NCBI RefSeq assembly: GCF_054482525.1
Contig: NZ_CM137006.1
Strand: one strand, 5' to 3'
Length of the DNA: 64,000 nucleotides
How positions within the stretch are numbered: the first letter of the stretch is position 1; each line of letters starts with the position of its first letter. The translations under genes were made by a program, and so were the position numbers. Shown here piece after piece: positions 12,283 to 24,825 of the stretch. The notes below the pieces were generated by a model. It searched no databases. It was not told the DNA's origin and saw only the letters and a list, made by a program, of their open reading frames with translations.

Positions 12283-13335
12283 TCAGGGAAGAAAAACTTC
12301 ACCGGAAAATATTTTTCTGGTTGTCCGAATAACAGATGCGCGTAACGTCGTGGCATCCTGACCTTCATTACTTAAATGAACGTCGAGCGCACCACTGGGG
12401 TGTTCAATATTGATATTGCCGTATCCTACAGAAGGGACGATTTGTCGGGTGACGGTGCCTTCCAATGCACAACTACTGGAAATGGCAATAGCTCCGGTTA
12501 TCGCCAGCGCGCGATGGCAAGAATGCGGCATAAAATAACGCACATTAATTGCTCCGCCTTTCTGCGCTGGAGAAATAAGCACAGGTTTAGGGATAACCAT
12601 ATTACTGACATCGCCTAAGCCCATTGCTTTACCCGCTTGTAGACGGATAGATTCAATGCGGGCTAATAATGCTTTGTCGGCATCCAGCTCCGTCGGTAAT
12701 TCATAGCCTGTTTTTCCCAGATATTCAGCAGGAATAATGACAACTGGCATCGCCATATCGATACAGGTCACCGGGACATCGTCAAAATAATCAATCTGAT
12801 TATCAGTCGGGAAGACTTTTCCGGTTTTGGTTCCGGCGGCATTCAGGAAAGTGAGCGCAACCGGTGCGGCAGTACCCGGTACGCCGTCAATTCTGGCGCT
12901 ACCCTCGTACTCGACAACACCATTTGGCGTTTGCACATCAGCTTCGATGAACGTACCAGTATTGACGTTGCGGATACGTACGCGGGTAACTGGCGAAGTC
13001 GCTGCAATCAAACCATTTTCAATGGCGAATGCCCCAACGCCAGACAGCATATTGCCGCAGTTAGGCGTGGTATCGACACGTTGCTCATGGACGATAACTT
13101 GAGCAAACAGATAATCGACATCTGCACGCGGATCGCTGGAGCGGCTAATAATGGCGACTTTACTGGTCAGCGGATTACCGCCGCCAATACCGTCAATTTC
13201 CAGATCGTTACCGGAACCCATAATTGCCATCAATATTTTATCGCGCTGCGTTTGATCTTCGGGTAGATGTTCCGCTAACAGGAACGCGCCCCTCGAGGTT
13301 CCACCTCGCATCATCACGCAGGGTATTTTTTTCAT
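12283..13335 (-). CDS. ybhH: PrpF/AcnD-accessory family putative isomerase
   Basis: 350 aa ORF MKKIPCVMMRGGTSRGAFLL... Confidence 0.85.
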   Translation of the reverse strand: MKKIPCVMMRGGTSRGAFLLAEHLPEDQTQRDKILMAIMGSGNDLEIDGIGGGNPLTSKVAIISRSSDPRADVDYLFAQVIVHEQRVDTTPNCGNMLSGVGAFAIENGLIAATSPVTRVRIRNVNTGTFIEADVQTPNGVVEYEGSARIDGVPGTAAPVALTFLNAAGTKTGKVFPTDNQIDYFDDVPVTCIDMAMPVVIIPAEYLGKTGYELPTELDADKALLARIESIRLQAGKAMGLGDVSNMVIPKPVLISPAQKGGAINVRYFMPHSCHRALAITGAIAISSSCALEGTVTRQIVPSVGYGNINIEHPSGALDVHLSNEGQDATTLRASVIRTTRKIFSGEVFLP

Positions 13336-13518
13336 AATAATGCCCTCAATTTAAAAACATAACTTATTGCGATATGGTTACATTAAGGGCAAAGCATCTC
13401 TAATGACTTTAGCTCAACGATTAATAACATTTTTTCATTAATTTAAGTTGGCTAAATGCAGTTAAAATTTTTAACGGCCAGTCACCCAAAATCGTCGCTT
13501 CCATTTTCCGGAGTAATA

Positions 13519-14472
13519 ATGAAGCATGAATTATCAAGTATGAAGGCATTTGTCATACTGGCAGAGTCCAGTTCATTTAACAATGCCGCTAAATTACTCA
13601 ATATTACGCAACCTGCATTAACGCGAAGAATAAAAAAGATGGAAGAAGATTTACACATACAACTTTTTGAGCGTACAACTCGCAAGGTTACGTTAACAAA
13701 AGCAGGAAAAAGGTTACTCCCGGAGGCACGGGAATTAATAAAGAAATTCGATGAAACGCTTTTTAGTATTCGTGATATGAATGCTTATCATCGTGGTATG
13801 GTGACGTTAGCGTGTATTCCGACCGCAGTATTTTATTTTTTACCACTGGCAATCGGTAAATTTAATGAGCTGTATCCCAATATTAAAGTGCGGATTCTGG
13901 AACAAGGCACGAATAATTGCATGGAATCGGTGCTGTGTAACGAATCAGACTTTGGCATAAACATGAACAACGTCACAAATTCATCCATTGATTTTACCCC
14001 ACTGGTCAACGAGCCGTTCGTGCTGGCCTGTCGGCGTGACCATCCATTGGCCAAAAAGCAGCTTGTAGAATGGCAGGAGTTAGTGGGTTACAAAATGATT
14101 GGCGTACGCTCCTCCAGCGGCAACCGACTGTTGATAGAACAACAGCTGGCCGACAAGCCCTGGAAGCTGGACTGGTTTTACGAAGTGCGTCATCTTTCGA
14201 CGTCATTGGGACTGGTGGAGGCGGGACTGGGGATTTCGGCGCTTCCTGGTCTGGCAATGCCCCATGCACCCTATTCTTCGATTATTGGTATCCCGCTGGT
14301 GGAACCGGTTATACGTCGGACATTGGGGATTATTCGCCGCAAAGATGCCGTGCTTTCTCCGGCAGCTGAACGCTTTTTTGCCTTGCTGATTAATTTGTGG
14401 ACTGACGATAAAGACAATTTGTGGACCAATATCGTCGAACGCCAGAGACATGCGTTACAGGAGATAGGTTAA
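13519..14472 (+). CDS. ybhD: LysR-type transcriptional regulator
   Basis: ORF 13456..14472; start MKHELSSMKAFVILAESSSFNNAAKLLNITQPALTRRIKKMEEDL (HTH) gives 317 aa; divergent from ybhH. Confidence 0.88.
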   Translation: MKHELSSMKAFVILAESSSFNNAAKLLNITQPALTRRIKKMEEDLHIQLFERTTRKVTLTKAGKRLLPEARELIKKFDETLFSIRDMNAYHRGMVTLACIPTAVFYFLPLAIGKFNELYPNIKVRILEQGTNNCMESVLCNESDFGINMNNVTNSSIDFTPLVNEPFVLACRRDHPLAKKQLVEWQELVGYKMIGVRSSSGNRLLIEQQLADKPWKLDWFYEVRHLSTSLGLVEAGLGISALPGLAMPHAPYSSIIGIPLVEPVIRRTLGIIRRKDAVLSPAAERFFALLINLWTDDKDNLWTNIVERQRHALQEIG

Positions 14473-14512
14473 TACACCGGCGCAGGAGAGACTGCGCCGG
14501 GTAAATCAGCGG

Positions 14513-15544
<1,032 letters not shown>

Positions 15545-15662
15545 CTAAAATTAGTCGCTTTTGGCGGTGAATGCTGAATTAAAACGCAGAATTTTGTCCG
15601 ATAGTGGTATCGGTGTACCATTCGCGCAGACGAAAATTCTTAACCTTAATCTGGAATACGCC

Positions 15663-16481
15663 ATGACCACACGCGTGATTGCTCTCGACTTAGACGGCAC
15701 CTTATTGACCCCGAAAAAGACCCTGCTTCCTTCATCGATAGAAGCTCTGGCCCGTGCTCGCGAAGCAGGCTATCAATTAATCATCGTCACAGGTCGCCAT
15801 CACGTCGCTATTCATCCTTTTTATCAGGCGCTGGCGCTGGATACACCTGCTATTTGCTGTAATGGCACCTATTTGTATGATTATCATGCAAAAACAGTGC
15901 TGGAAGCGGACCCAATGCCCGTTAATAAAGCCCTGCAACTCATTGAGATGCTGAATGAACACCACATTCACGGTCTGATGTATGTGGATGATGCGATGGT
16001 CTATGAGCACCCGACCGGGCATGTCATTCGCACGTCTAACTGGGCGCAAACCCTGCCGCCGGAACAGCGTCCGACTTTCACACAAGTCGCTTCTCTGGCT
16101 GAAACGGCGCAACAAGTTAACGCCGTATGGAAGTTCGCCCTGACGCACGATGACCTGCCGCAATTGCAGCATTTTGGTAAGCATGTCGAACATGAACTGG
16201 GACTGGAGTGTGAATGGTCCTGGCACGATCAGGTTGATATTGCACGCGGCGGCAACAGCAAAGGTAAACGTTTGACGAAATGGGTTGAGGCGCAAGGCTG
16301 GTCGATGGAAAACGTCGTGGCGTTCGGCGATAACTTTAATGATATCAGTATGCTGGAAGCCGCTGGTACAGGCGTGGCGATGGGCAACGCCGATGACGCG
16401 GTAAAAGCGCGCGCCAACATTGTGATTGGTGATAACACCACCGACAGCATTGCCCAGTTCATTTATAGCCACCTGATTTAA
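15663..16481 (+). CDS. ybhA: HAD-family phosphatase (pyridoxal phosphate phosphatase)
   Basis: ORF 15561..16481; start MTTRVIALDLDGTLL (HAD motif I DxDGT) at 15663 gives 272 aa. Confidence 0.9.
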   Translation: MTTRVIALDLDGTLLTPKKTLLPSSIEALARAREAGYQLIIVTGRHHVAIHPFYQALALDTPAICCNGTYLYDYHAKTVLEADPMPVNKALQLIEMLNEHHIHGLMYVDDAMVYEHPTGHVIRTSNWAQTLPPEQRPTFTQVASLAETAQQVNAVWKFALTHDDLPQLQHFGKHVEHELGLECEWSWHDQVDIARGGNSKGKRLTKWVEAQGWSMENVVAFGDNFNDISMLEAAGTGVAMGNADDAVKARANIVIGDNTTDSIAQFIYSHLI

Positions 16482-17540
16482 TCAGGCGGTTATCGACACA
16501 CTTTTAATTTGCGCGTACAGCCACAGGCCTGGTTTGATCGCCAGTTCATCCCTGGCCCACGGGCTGATACGCGCCCACAGCGTTTTACCGCCGACTTCCA
16601 GCTCCACTTCCACCTGGCCGTTGTCGTCATAACTATTAACAACTTTTGCCCGCAATACGTTACGAATGCTGGTTTGCTGCGGCGGTTGTAAAACCAGCGA
16701 GACATCGGAAGCCTGAATGCGGATGCGTAGCGCAGCTTGCAGCGGTTCGTCCAGCTTATTGACCCACAAATGCTGATCGCCCAGCGCCAGCGCGGTCATC
16801 GCGTAATGCGGATGATGCTCAAGCACCGTCACTTTCAGAATGCTACTTTGTTGCTCTTTCGGCAGCCACGGATTCATCACGCTACTGCCCCACACTTCCT
16901 CCAGCGCGCCAAAGGCTTTCACCTGACCGTTTTCCAGTACCATCACTCTGTCTGCCAGATGGAGGATCTCATCCAGCGAATGGCTGACATACAACATCGG
17001 AATGTTGATTTCCCGTGTCAGCCGTTGCAGATAAGGCAACAGTTCGCGTTTACGCGGAATATCCAGTGACGCCAGCGGTTCATCCAGCAACAGCAATTCC
17101 GGTGCTGTCAGCAAAGCCCGACCAATCGCCACGCGCTGTTTTTCGCCTCCGGACAGGCTGCCTGGTAAACGGTCAAGCAACGGTTCAATGCCTAAAAGCG
17201 CCACCAGCTTATCGAACTGATCGACCATACTTTTCGACATGCCGTAGCGCAGATTGCCACGCACTTTGTAATGCGGGAACAGCCGCGCATCCTGAAAAAC
17301 ATAGCCAACGCGACGCTTTTCCGGCGTCAGGCAGATACCTTTTTCGGCATCATTTAGTACCCGCCCATTGAGGACAATCCGCCCTTTTTGCGGGCGCGTC
17401 AGTCCACTGATGGCGTTAATCAGCGAAGTTTTTCCGGCACCGGAGACGCCAAAGATAGCAGTGATGCCATTGGCGGGCAGCGTTTCATTAATGGTCAGGC
17501 AATGGTTGCCCAACGTCTGGGAAAAATTCAGTTCCAGCAT
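16482..17540 (-). CDS. modC: Molybdate ABC transporter ATP-binding protein
   Basis: 352 aa, Walker [13 protein letters not shown] signature [16 protein letters not shown]-terminal Mop/TOBE domain. Confidence 0.95.
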
Positions 17541-17542
17541 GA

Positions 17543-18232
17543 TTAGCGCCCCGCCCGTTCACGGCTGATTCTGGCCAGCCATTCTGAAATCAACAGGGAG
17601 ATCATCGCCAGCGCAATAGAAATAATGCACAGTCTCGCCGCGCCACTTTCCCCGCCGGGGGTCTGGATCAGGGTATACATGGCAGAAGGAATGGTTCGCG
17701 TTTCACCAGGAATGTTCGACACAAAGGTGATGGTTGCACCAAACTCACCGAGAGAACGAGCAAAAGCCAGTACCGTACCAACAATAATGCCCGGTAAGGT
17801 CAGCGGTAACGTGATAGTAAAGAAAACGCGCCAGCGCCCGGCACCCAGTGTTCTTGCGGCCTGTTCCAGTTTGACATCAACCCCTTCCAGCGCCAGACGA
17901 ATTGCCCGCACCATCAGCGGAAACGACATGACGGCGGCAGCGAGAACCGCGCCGCGCCAGCTAAAGGCGAAGGTAATGCCAAACCAGTCATACAGACGTT
18001 CACCGATAAATCCGCGCCGTCCCATCGAAACTAATAATAAGTAACCGACGACCACGGGCGGTAACACCAGCGGTAGATGCAGTACGCTATCGAGCAGAGC
18101 TTTGCCCGGAAACGTGCAACGCACCAGTAACCAGGCAAAAAAGATCCCAAACGGCAGGCTAAACAGCACAGCCAGGGAAGAAACTTTCAGGCTTAGTAAA
18201 ACCGCCTGCCATTCTGGATCGGTCAGTATCAT
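17543..18232 (-). CDS. modB: Molybdate ABC transporter permease
   Basis: 229 aa hydrophobic ORF; operon position between modC and modA. Confidence 0.94.
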
Positions 18233-19005
18233 TACTTGGTTGTAAATCCGTAACGTTTAAAGATTTCCGCAGCCTGCGGCCCCTTCAGATAATCATAAAA
18301 TGCTTTCACTGTCGCATTGTTATGCCCTTCCACAACAGCAACCGGATATTCCACTTTTTTATGTGAATCTTCCGGGAAGGTGGCAACCACTTTTACCCCT
18401 TTGCTGGCAACTGCGTCAGAACCGTAAACAATACCCAGCGGCGCTTCATTGCGTTCGACCAACGCCAGCGCGCCACGAACATCTTCCGCCGGAGCCAGTT
18501 TCGGGGAGAGCGTATCCCATGCGCCCAGTTTTTGCAGTGCTTCTTTTGCATAAATGCCAGCGGGAACATGTTCCGGATCGCCAACCGCCAGGCGACCGCC
18601 ATTCAGCAGTGAAGTCCAGTTGGTTTTGCTGTCGATGGTGAAATCTTTCTGCTCGCTGGCTTTCGGTGCTACAACGACCAGGCTATTGCCGAGCAGTGTC
18701 TGACGCGTAGCTGTATCGATCGCTTTTTTATCAACCGCATAATCCATCCATTTCTGATCGGCAGAAATAAACAGATCCGCAGGGGCACCCGCTTCAATCT
18801 GACGGGCGAGAGTAGATGACGAAGCGAAAGAAGAAACCACATCCACGCCTTTCTCTTTTTTATACTGCGTAGCAATGTCCTGCATTGCGTTAGTCAGTGA
18901 TGCGGCGGCGAACACCGTGATTTTCCCTTCATCTGCCACTGCATTGCCAGCAACAGCGAAAGAGAGTGCCGCCCCGGCAAACAAGTTCAACCATTTACGA
19001 GCCAT
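18232..19005 (-). CDS. modA: Molybdate ABC transporter periplasmic binding protein
   Basis: 257 aa with signal peptide MARKWLNLFAGAALSFAVAGNAVA. Confidence 0.94.
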   Translation of the reverse strand: MARKWLNLFAGAALSFAVAGNAVADEGKITVFAAASLTNAMQDIATQYKKEKGVDVVSSFASSSTLARQIEAGAPADLFISADQKWMDYAVDKKAIDTATRQTLLGNSLVVVAPKASEQKDFTIDSKTNWTSLLNGGRLAVGDPEHVPAGIYAKEALQKLGAWDTLSPKLAPAEDVRGALALVERNEAPLGIVYGSDAVASKGVKVVATFPEDSHKKVEYPVAVVEGHNNATVKAFYDYLKGPQAAEIFKRYGFTTK

Positions 19006-19019
19006 TGGTAACCCCTTAA

Positions 19020-19048
19020 TGTAACGTTATGTAGGCGACAATATAACG
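19020..19048. promoter_or_regulatory. ModE operator in modA promoter region
   Basis: Reverse complement reads cgttatattgtcgcctacataacgttaca, the ModE-binding sequence just upstream of modA. Confidence 0.7.
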
Positions 19049-19137
19049 ACTAACTCGGAATTTTCCCAGCAGTTATTGCTAACCTTTGTGAGGTAGTTAA
19101 GAAAAAATATCGGCAGGAAAAGCAGGAAGTTGAGAAA

Positions 19138-19850
19138 AATAAATATCCTCCGGCATAGCCGGAGGTTTTTCAAATGCGCCTATAAGGCTCTCTTACCAGC
19201 CGCGCCCTAACAGGCGCACACGATCTGACATTTGCATCCAACTTCGTTACTTACGGCCCGTAAACGGGCTGCCCGGATAGGGAATCGATAACTGCTCTCC
19301 CATTTTATCCTCTTCAAGCTGGTGCTTTATGTAATCCTGTATCTTCGCCGTGTTCTTACCCACCGTATCGACGTAGTACCCTCTGCACCAGAACTCCCTG
19401 TTCCTGTATTTGAATTTCAAATCACCAAACTGCTCGTAAAGCATCAGACTGCTTTTCCCTTTCAGATATCCCATAAAGCCGGATACGCTCATTTTGGGCG
19501 GGATCTCCACAAGCATATGGATATGATCTGCACAGCATTCAGCTTCCAGAATCCGTACACTTTTCCACTCACACAGCTTTCTCAAAATACTGCCTATTGC
19601 TCTACGCTTCTCTCTGTAGAACACCTGTCTTCGGTATTTTGGCGCAAAAACTATGTGATATTTACAGTTCCATCGGGTGTGCGCTAAGCTCTTTTCGTTC
19701 CCCATTGGGACCCCCTTTTGATTTCTTGTTTGACACTTGCAGTTGCCAGACCGCAAGGTGTTTTAACAAATCAAAAGGGGTTTTAATAACTGGCTTAAAG
19801 CTGAAAGCTTTCCGGAACCCCCAGCCTAGCTGGGGGTTTTCTGTGCACAA
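19138..19850 (-). mobile_element. IS200-family insertion sequence (IS200/IS605 group), copy 1, 713 bp
   Basis: 713 bp repeated identically at 55973..56685 with unrelated flanks on both sides; carries a single Y1/HUH transposase gene; subterminal hairpins cctccggcatagccggagg (19147-19165) and ccccagcctagctgggg (19818-19834). Confidence 0.9.
19247..19705 (-). CDS. tnpA: IS200-type Y1 (HUH) transposase TnpA
   Basis: MGNEKSLAHTRWNCKYHIVFAPKYRRQVFY...ADHIHMLVEIPPKMSVS...; 152 aa from internal Met of supplied ORF 19247..19756; HUH motif HIHML. Confidence 0.9.
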   Translation of the reverse strand: MGNEKSLAHTRWNCKYHIVFAPKYRRQVFYREKRRAIGSILRKLCEWKSVRILEAECCADHIHMLVEIPPKMSVSGFMGYLKGKSSLMLYEQFGDLKFKYRNREFWCRGYYVDTVGKNTAKIQDYIKHQLEEDKMGEQLSIPYPGSPFTGRK

Positions 19851-19856
19851 GAAAAT

Positions 19857-19872
19857 GCCCGACTAAGCGGGC
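19857..19872 (-). terminator. acrZ intrinsic terminator hairpin
   Basis: gcccgactaagcgggc; on the minus strand followed by attttcttg. Confidence 0.45.
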
Positions 19873-19882
19873 ATTCAGGGAA

Positions 19883-20050
<168 letters not shown>

Positions 20051-20160
20051 TCATGAGACTATTCTAACCGCTAAGCACAGAAAAGCACTCCCCTTTTGTG
20101 CGGTCAGCTTTGCGTGGCGTTCGTTTTCCGTCACAATAAGACTTTTGCCAGGACATTGTT

Positions 20161-20949
20161 ATGCAGGCCGAAATCCTTCTCACCCTTAAGCTCCAACAAA
20201 AATTATTCGCCGACCCGCGCCGCATTTCGCTACTAAAACACATTGCGCTTTCCGGTTCCATTAGCCAGGGAGCGAAAGATGCCGGTATCAGCTATAAAAG
20301 CGCCTGGGATGCCATTAACGAGATGAATCAGTTAAGTGAGCATATTCTGGTCGAGCGCGCAACAGGCGGTAAAGGTGGCGGCGGCGCAGTACTGACCCGC
20401 TATGGTCAGCGACTGATTCAGCTCTATGACTTACTGGCGCAAATCCAGCAAAAAGCCTTTGATGTGTTAAGTGACGATGACGCCCTGCCGCTGAACAGCC
20501 TGCTGGCCGCGATCTCACGTTTTTCACTGCAAACCAGCGCCCGTAACCAGTGGTTCGGTACCATCACCGCCCGCGATCATGATGACGTTCAACAGCATGT
20601 TGATGTCTTACTGGCTGATGGAAAAACACGCCTGAAAGTCGCAATTACCGCACAAAGCGGCGCGCGTCTGGGGCTGGATGAAGGCAAAGAAGTGTTGATA
20701 TTGCTAAAAGCGCCGTGGGTAGGCATTACTCAGGACGAAGCTGTCGCACAAAACGCCGACAACCAATTACCGGGTATTATTAGTCATATTGAGCGCGGCG
20801 CAGAGCAGTGCGAAGTATTAATGGCGCTACCCGACGGGCAAACACTGTGCGCCACAGTGCCGGTAAATGAAGCGACTTCTCTTCAGCAAGGACAGAATGT
20901 CACGGCCTACTTTAATGCCGACAGCGTGATTATCGCCACGCTGTGCTAA
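20161..20949 (+). CDS. modE: Molybdate-responsive transcriptional regulator ModE
   Basis: 262 aa MQAEILLTLKLQQKLFADPRRISLLKHIALSGSISQGAKDAGISYKSAW (HTH) plus C-terminal Mop domains. Confidence 0.95.
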   Translation: MQAEILLTLKLQQKLFADPRRISLLKHIALSGSISQGAKDAGISYKSAWDAINEMNQLSEHILVERATGGKGGGGAVLTRYGQRLIQLYDLLAQIQQKAFDVLSDDDALPLNSLLAAISRFSLQTSARNQWFGTITARDHDDVQQHVDVLLADGKTRLKVAITAQSGARLGLDEGKEVLILLKAPWVGITQDEAVAQNADNQLPGIISHIERGAEQCEVLMALPDGQTLCATVPVNEATSLQQGQNVTAYFNADSVIIATLC

Positions 20950-21016
20950 GCGTGTTGACAATTTGTTATGAAACACGTATCCCTGTCAGTAATCGCTGCA
21001 CAAAATGGGATATAAA

Positions 21017-22489
21017 ATGTCATCGTTGCAAATTTTGCAAGGCACGTTTCGTCTTGGCGACACAAAAACGCTGCAATTGCCTCAGCTAACGTTAAACGCG
21101 GGTGATAGTTGGGCGTTTGTCGGTTCGAATGGAAGCGGGAAATCGGCCCTAGCCCGTGCGCTGGCGGGGGAACTTCCGCTTTTGAAAGGTGAACGGCAAA
21201 GCCAGTTTTCCCACATCACTCGTCTCTCCTTCGAGCAATTGCAAAAGCTCGTCAGCGACGAATGGCAGCGGAATAACACCGATATGCTTAGTCCTGGCGA
21301 AGATGACACCGGGCGTACCACGGCTGAAATCATTCAGGATGAAGTAAAGGATGCACCGCGTTGCATGCAACTGGCGCAGCAGTTCGGTATTACCGCCCTC
21401 CTCGACCGACGCTTTAAATACCTTTCCACTGGCGAGACACGAAAAACCCTGCTGTGTCAGGCGCTGATGTCGGAGCCTGACTTGTTGATTCTTGATGAGC
21501 CGTTCGATGGCCTGGATGTTGCCTCACGTCAGCAGCTGGCTGAGCTACTCGCCTCGTTACATCAGTCCGGTATTACTCTGGTACTGGTGCTCAATCGCTT
21601 CGATGAGATCCCAGAATTTGTCCAGTTTGCTGGCGTGCTGGCGGATTGTACGTTAGCGGAAACGGGCGCTAAAGAGGAACTGCTCCAGCAAGCACTCGTC
21701 GCGCAACTGGCACATAGCGAACAGCTTGAAGGTGTGCAACTGCCGGAGCCGGATGAACCTTCAGCACGTCACGCCTTACCCGCCAACGAACCGCGCATTG
21801 TGCTGAACAACGGCGTGGTTTCTTATAACGATCGCCCCATTCTTAATAACCTTAGCTGGCAGGTGAATCCAGGCGAACACTGGCAAATTGTCGGGCCAAA
21901 TGGCGCGGGAAAATCGACGTTATTAAGCCTGATTACTGGCGATCATCCGCAAGGTTACAGCAACGATTTAACGCTTTTCGGACGACGTCGCGGCAGCGGC
22001 GAAACCATCTGGGATATCAAAAAGCATATCGGTTACGTCAGCAGTAGTTTGCATCTGGATTACCGGGTCAGCACTACCGTGCGTAATGTGATCCTGTCTG
22101 GTTATTTTGATTCGATTGGCATTTATCAGGCCGTTTCGGATCGCCAGCAAAAGCTGGTGCAGCAGTGGCTGGATATTCTCGGCATTGATAAACGCACGGC
22201 TGACGCTCCTTTCCATAGTCTTTCCTGGGGACAGCAGCGTCTGGCGCTGATTGTCCGCGCACTGGTGAAACATCCGACGTTGCTTATTCTCGATGAACCA
22301 CTACAGGGGCTTGATCCACTCAATCGCCAGCTTATCCGCCGTTTTGTTGATGTGCTGATTAGCGAAGGTGAAACGCAATTGTTGTTTGTTTCGCACCACG
22401 CTGAAGATGCGCCTGCCTGTATTACCCATCGTCTTGAGTTCGTGCCGGACGGTGACTTTTATCGCTATGCGCTGACAAAAATAAACTGA
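21017..22489 (+). CDS. modF: ABC-type ATPase ModF (two ATP-binding cassettes)
   Basis: ORF 21005..22489; start MSSLQILQGTF at 21017; two Walker A motifs GSNGSGKS and GPNGAGKS. Confidence 0.93.
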   Translation: MSSLQILQGTFRLGDTKTLQLPQLTLNAGDSWAFVGSNGSGKSALARALAGELPLLKGERQSQFSHITRLSFEQLQKLVSDEWQRNNTDMLSPGEDDTGRTTAEIIQDEVKDAPRCMQLAQQFGITALLDRRFKYLSTGETRKTLLCQALMSEPDLLILDEPFDGLDVASRQQLAELLASLHQSGITLVLVLNRFDEIPEFVQFAGVLADCTLAETGAKEELLQQALVAQLAHSEQLEGVQLPEPDEPSARHALPANEPRIVLNNGVVSYNDRPILNNLSWQVNPGEHWQIVGPNGAGKSTLLSLITGDHPQGYSNDLTLFGRRRGSGETIWDIKKHIGYVSSSLHLDYRVSTTVRNVILSGYFDSIGIYQAVSDRQQKLVQQWLDILGIDKRTADAPFHSLSWGQQRLALIVRALVKHPTLLILDEPLQGLDPLNRQLIRRFVDVLISEGETQLLFVSHHAEDAPACITHRLEFVPDGDFYRYALTKIN

Positions 22490-22504
22490 GTCGGTAATGC
22501 TGAC

Positions 22505-22560
22505 TGTACCGGAGGCGGCCTAAACGCCCTCTCCGGCCTACAGTTCGACGCATGCAGGCA
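22505..22560. repeat. REP-like palindromic element after modF
   Basis: ccggaggcggcctaaacgccctctccggcctacag, REP-type palindrome ending ggcctac. Confidence 0.5.
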
Positions 22561-22649
22561 TGAAACCGCGACTTTTTTCAGATAAAAAGCGCAATCATTC
22601 ATAAACCCTCTGTTTTATAATCACTTAATCGCGCATAAAAAACGGCTAA

Positions 22650-22749
22650 ATTCTTGTGTAAACGATTCCACTAATTTATTCCATGTCACACTTTTCGCAT
22701 CTTTGTTATGCTATGGTTATTTCATACCATAAGCCTAATGGAGCGAATT
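22650..22749 (+). promoter_or_regulatory. gal operon promoter region (P1/P2) with GalR operator OE and CRP site
   Basis: OE gtgtaaacgattccac at 22656-22671; CRP region taatttattccatgtcacacttttcg; overlapping -10 hexamers tatgcta / tatggtt; matches the classical gal control region. Confidence 0.85.
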
Positions 22750-23766
22750 ATGAGAGTTCTGGTTACCGGTGGTAGCGGTTACATTGGAAGTCATACCTGT
22801 GTGCAATTACTGCAAAACGGTCATGATGTCATCATTCTTGATAACCTCTGTAACAGTAAGCGCAGCGTACTGCCTGTTATCGAGCGTTTAGGCGGCAAAC
22901 ATCCAACGTTTGTTGAAGGCGATATCCGTAACGAAGCGTTGATGACCGAGATCCTGCACGATCACGCTATCGACACTGTGATCCACTTCGCCGGGCTGAA
23001 AGCCGTTGGCGAATCGGTACAAAAACCGCTGGAATATTACGACAACAATGTTAACGGCACCCTGCGCCTGATTAGCGCCATGCGCGCCGCGAACGTCAAA
23101 AACTTTATTTTTAGCTCCTCCGCCACCGTCTATGGCGATCAGCCCAAAATTCCATACGTTGAAAGCTTCCCGACCGGCACACCGCAAAGCCCTTACGGCA
23201 AAAGCAAGCTAATGGTGGAACAGATCCTCACCGATCTGCAAAAAGCCCAGCCGGACTGGAGCATTGCCCTGCTGCGCTACTTCAACCCGGTTGGCGCGCA
23301 TCCGTCGGGCGATATGGGCGAAGATCCGCAAGGCATTCCGAATAACCTGATGCCATACATCGCCCAGGTTGCTGTAGGCCGTCGCGACTCGCTGGCGATT
23401 TTTGGTAACGATTATCCGACCGAAGACGGTACTGGCGTGCGCGATTACATCCACGTAATGGATCTGGCGGACGGTCACGTCGTGGCGATGGAAAAACTGG
23501 CGAACAAGCCAGGCGTACACATCTACAACCTCGGCGCTGGCGTAGGCAGCAGCGTGCTGGACGTGGTTAATGCCTTCAGCAAAGCCTGCGGCAAACCGGT
23601 TAACTATCATTTTGCACCGCGTCGCGAGGGCGACCTTCCGGCCTACTGGGCGGACGCCAGCAAAGCCGACCGTGAACTGAACTGGCGCGTGACGCGCACA
23701 CTCGATGAAATGGCGCAGGACACCTGGCACTGGCAGTCACGCCATCCACAGGGATATCCCGATTAA
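22750..23766 (+). CDS. galE: UDP-glucose 4-epimerase
   Basis: ORF 22708..23766; start MRVLVTGGSGYIGSHT (NAD-binding GxxGxxG) at 22750 gives 338 aa. Confidence 0.96.
   Translation: MRVLVTGGSGYIGSHTCVQLLQNGHDVIILDNLCNSKRSVLPVIERLGGKHPTFVEGDIRNEALMTEILHDHAIDTVIHFAGLKAVGESVQKPLEYYDNNVNGTLRLISAMRAANVKNFIFSSSATVYGDQPKIPYVESFPTGTPQSPYGKSKLMVEQILTDLQKAQPDWSIALLRYFNPVGAHPSGDMGEDPQGIPNNLMPYIAQVAVGRRDSLAIFGNDYPTEDGTGVRDYIHVMDLADGHVVAMEKLANKPGVHIYNLGAGVGSSVLDVVNAFSKACGKPVNYHFAPRREGDLPAYWADASKADRELNWRVTRTLDEMAQDTWHWQSRHPQGYPD
22769..22784 (+). promoter_or_regulatory. GalR internal operator OI inside galE
   Basis: gtggtagcggttacat within the first codons of galE. Confidence 0.75.
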
Positions 23767-23775
23767 GGAACGACC

Positions 23776-24822
23776 ATGACGCAATTTAATCCCGTTGATC
23801 ATCCACATCGCCGCTACAACCCGCTCACCGGGCAATGGATTCTGGTTTCACCGCACCGTGCTAAGCGCCCCTGGCAGGGGGCGCAGGAAACGCCAGCCAA
23901 ACAGGTGTTACCTGCGCACGATCCAGATTGCTTCCTCTGCTCAGGTAATGTGCGGGTGACAGGCGATAAAAACCCCAATTACACCGGGACTTACGTTTTC
24001 ACTAATGACTTTGCGGCCTTGATGTCTGACACGCCAGATGCGCCAGAAAGCAAAGATCCGCTGATGCGTTGCCAGAGCGCGCGCGGTACCAGCCGGGTGA
24101 TCTGCTTTTCACCGGATCACAGTAAAACGTTGCCAGAACTGAGCGTTGCGGCATTGACGGAAATCGTCAAAACCTGGCAGGAGCAAACCGCAGAACTGGG
24201 GAAAACGTACCCATGGGTGCAGGTTTTTGAAAACAAAGGCGCGGCGATGGGCTGCTCTAACCCGCATCCGCACGGTCAGATTTGGGCAAATAGCTTCCTG
24301 CCTAACGAAGCCGAGCGTGAAGACCGCCTGCAAAAAGAATATTTTGCCGGGCAGAAATCGCCAATGCTGGTGGATTATGTTCAGCGCGAGCTGGCAGACG
24401 GTAGCCGTACCGTTGTCGAAACCGAACACTGGTTAGCCGTTGTGCCTTACTGGGCTGCCTGGCCGTTCGAAACGCTGCTGCTGCCCAAAGCCCACGTTTT
24501 GCGGATCACCGATTTGACCGACGCCCAGCGCAGCGATTTGGCGCTGGCGTTGAAAAAGCTGACCAGTCGTTATGACAACCTCTTCCAGTGCTCCTTCCCC
24601 TACTCTATGGGCTGGCACGGCGCACCATTTAATGGCGAAGAGAATCAACACTGGCAGCTGCACGCGCACTTTTATCCGCCTCTGTTGCGCTCCGCCACCG
24701 TACGTAAATTTATGGTTGGTTATGAAATGCTGGCAGAGACCCAGCGAGACCTGACCGCAGAACAGGCAGCAGAGCGTTTGCGCGCAGTCAGCGATATCCA
24801 TTTTCGCGAATCCGGAGTGTAA
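23776..24822 (+). CDS. galT: Galactose-1-phosphate uridylyltransferase
   Basis: 348 aa [38 protein letters not shown] motif. Confidence 0.96.
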   Translation: MTQFNPVDHPHRRYNPLTGQWILVSPHRAKRPWQGAQETPAKQVLPAHDPDCFLCSGNVRVTGDKNPNYTGTYVFTNDFAALMSDTPDAPESKDPLMRCQSARGTSRVICFSPDHSKTLPELSVAALTEIVKTWQEQTAELGKTYPWVQVFENKGAAMGCSNPHPHGQIWANSFLPNEAEREDRLQKEYFAGQKSPMLVDYVQRELADGSRTVVETEHWLAVVPYWAAWPFETLLLPKAHVLRITDLTDAQRSDLALALKKLTSRYDNLFQCSFPYSMGWHGAPFNGEENQHWQLHAHFYPPLLRSATVRKFMVGYEMLAETQRDLTAEQAAERLRAVSDIHFRESGV

Positions 24823-24825
24823 GAA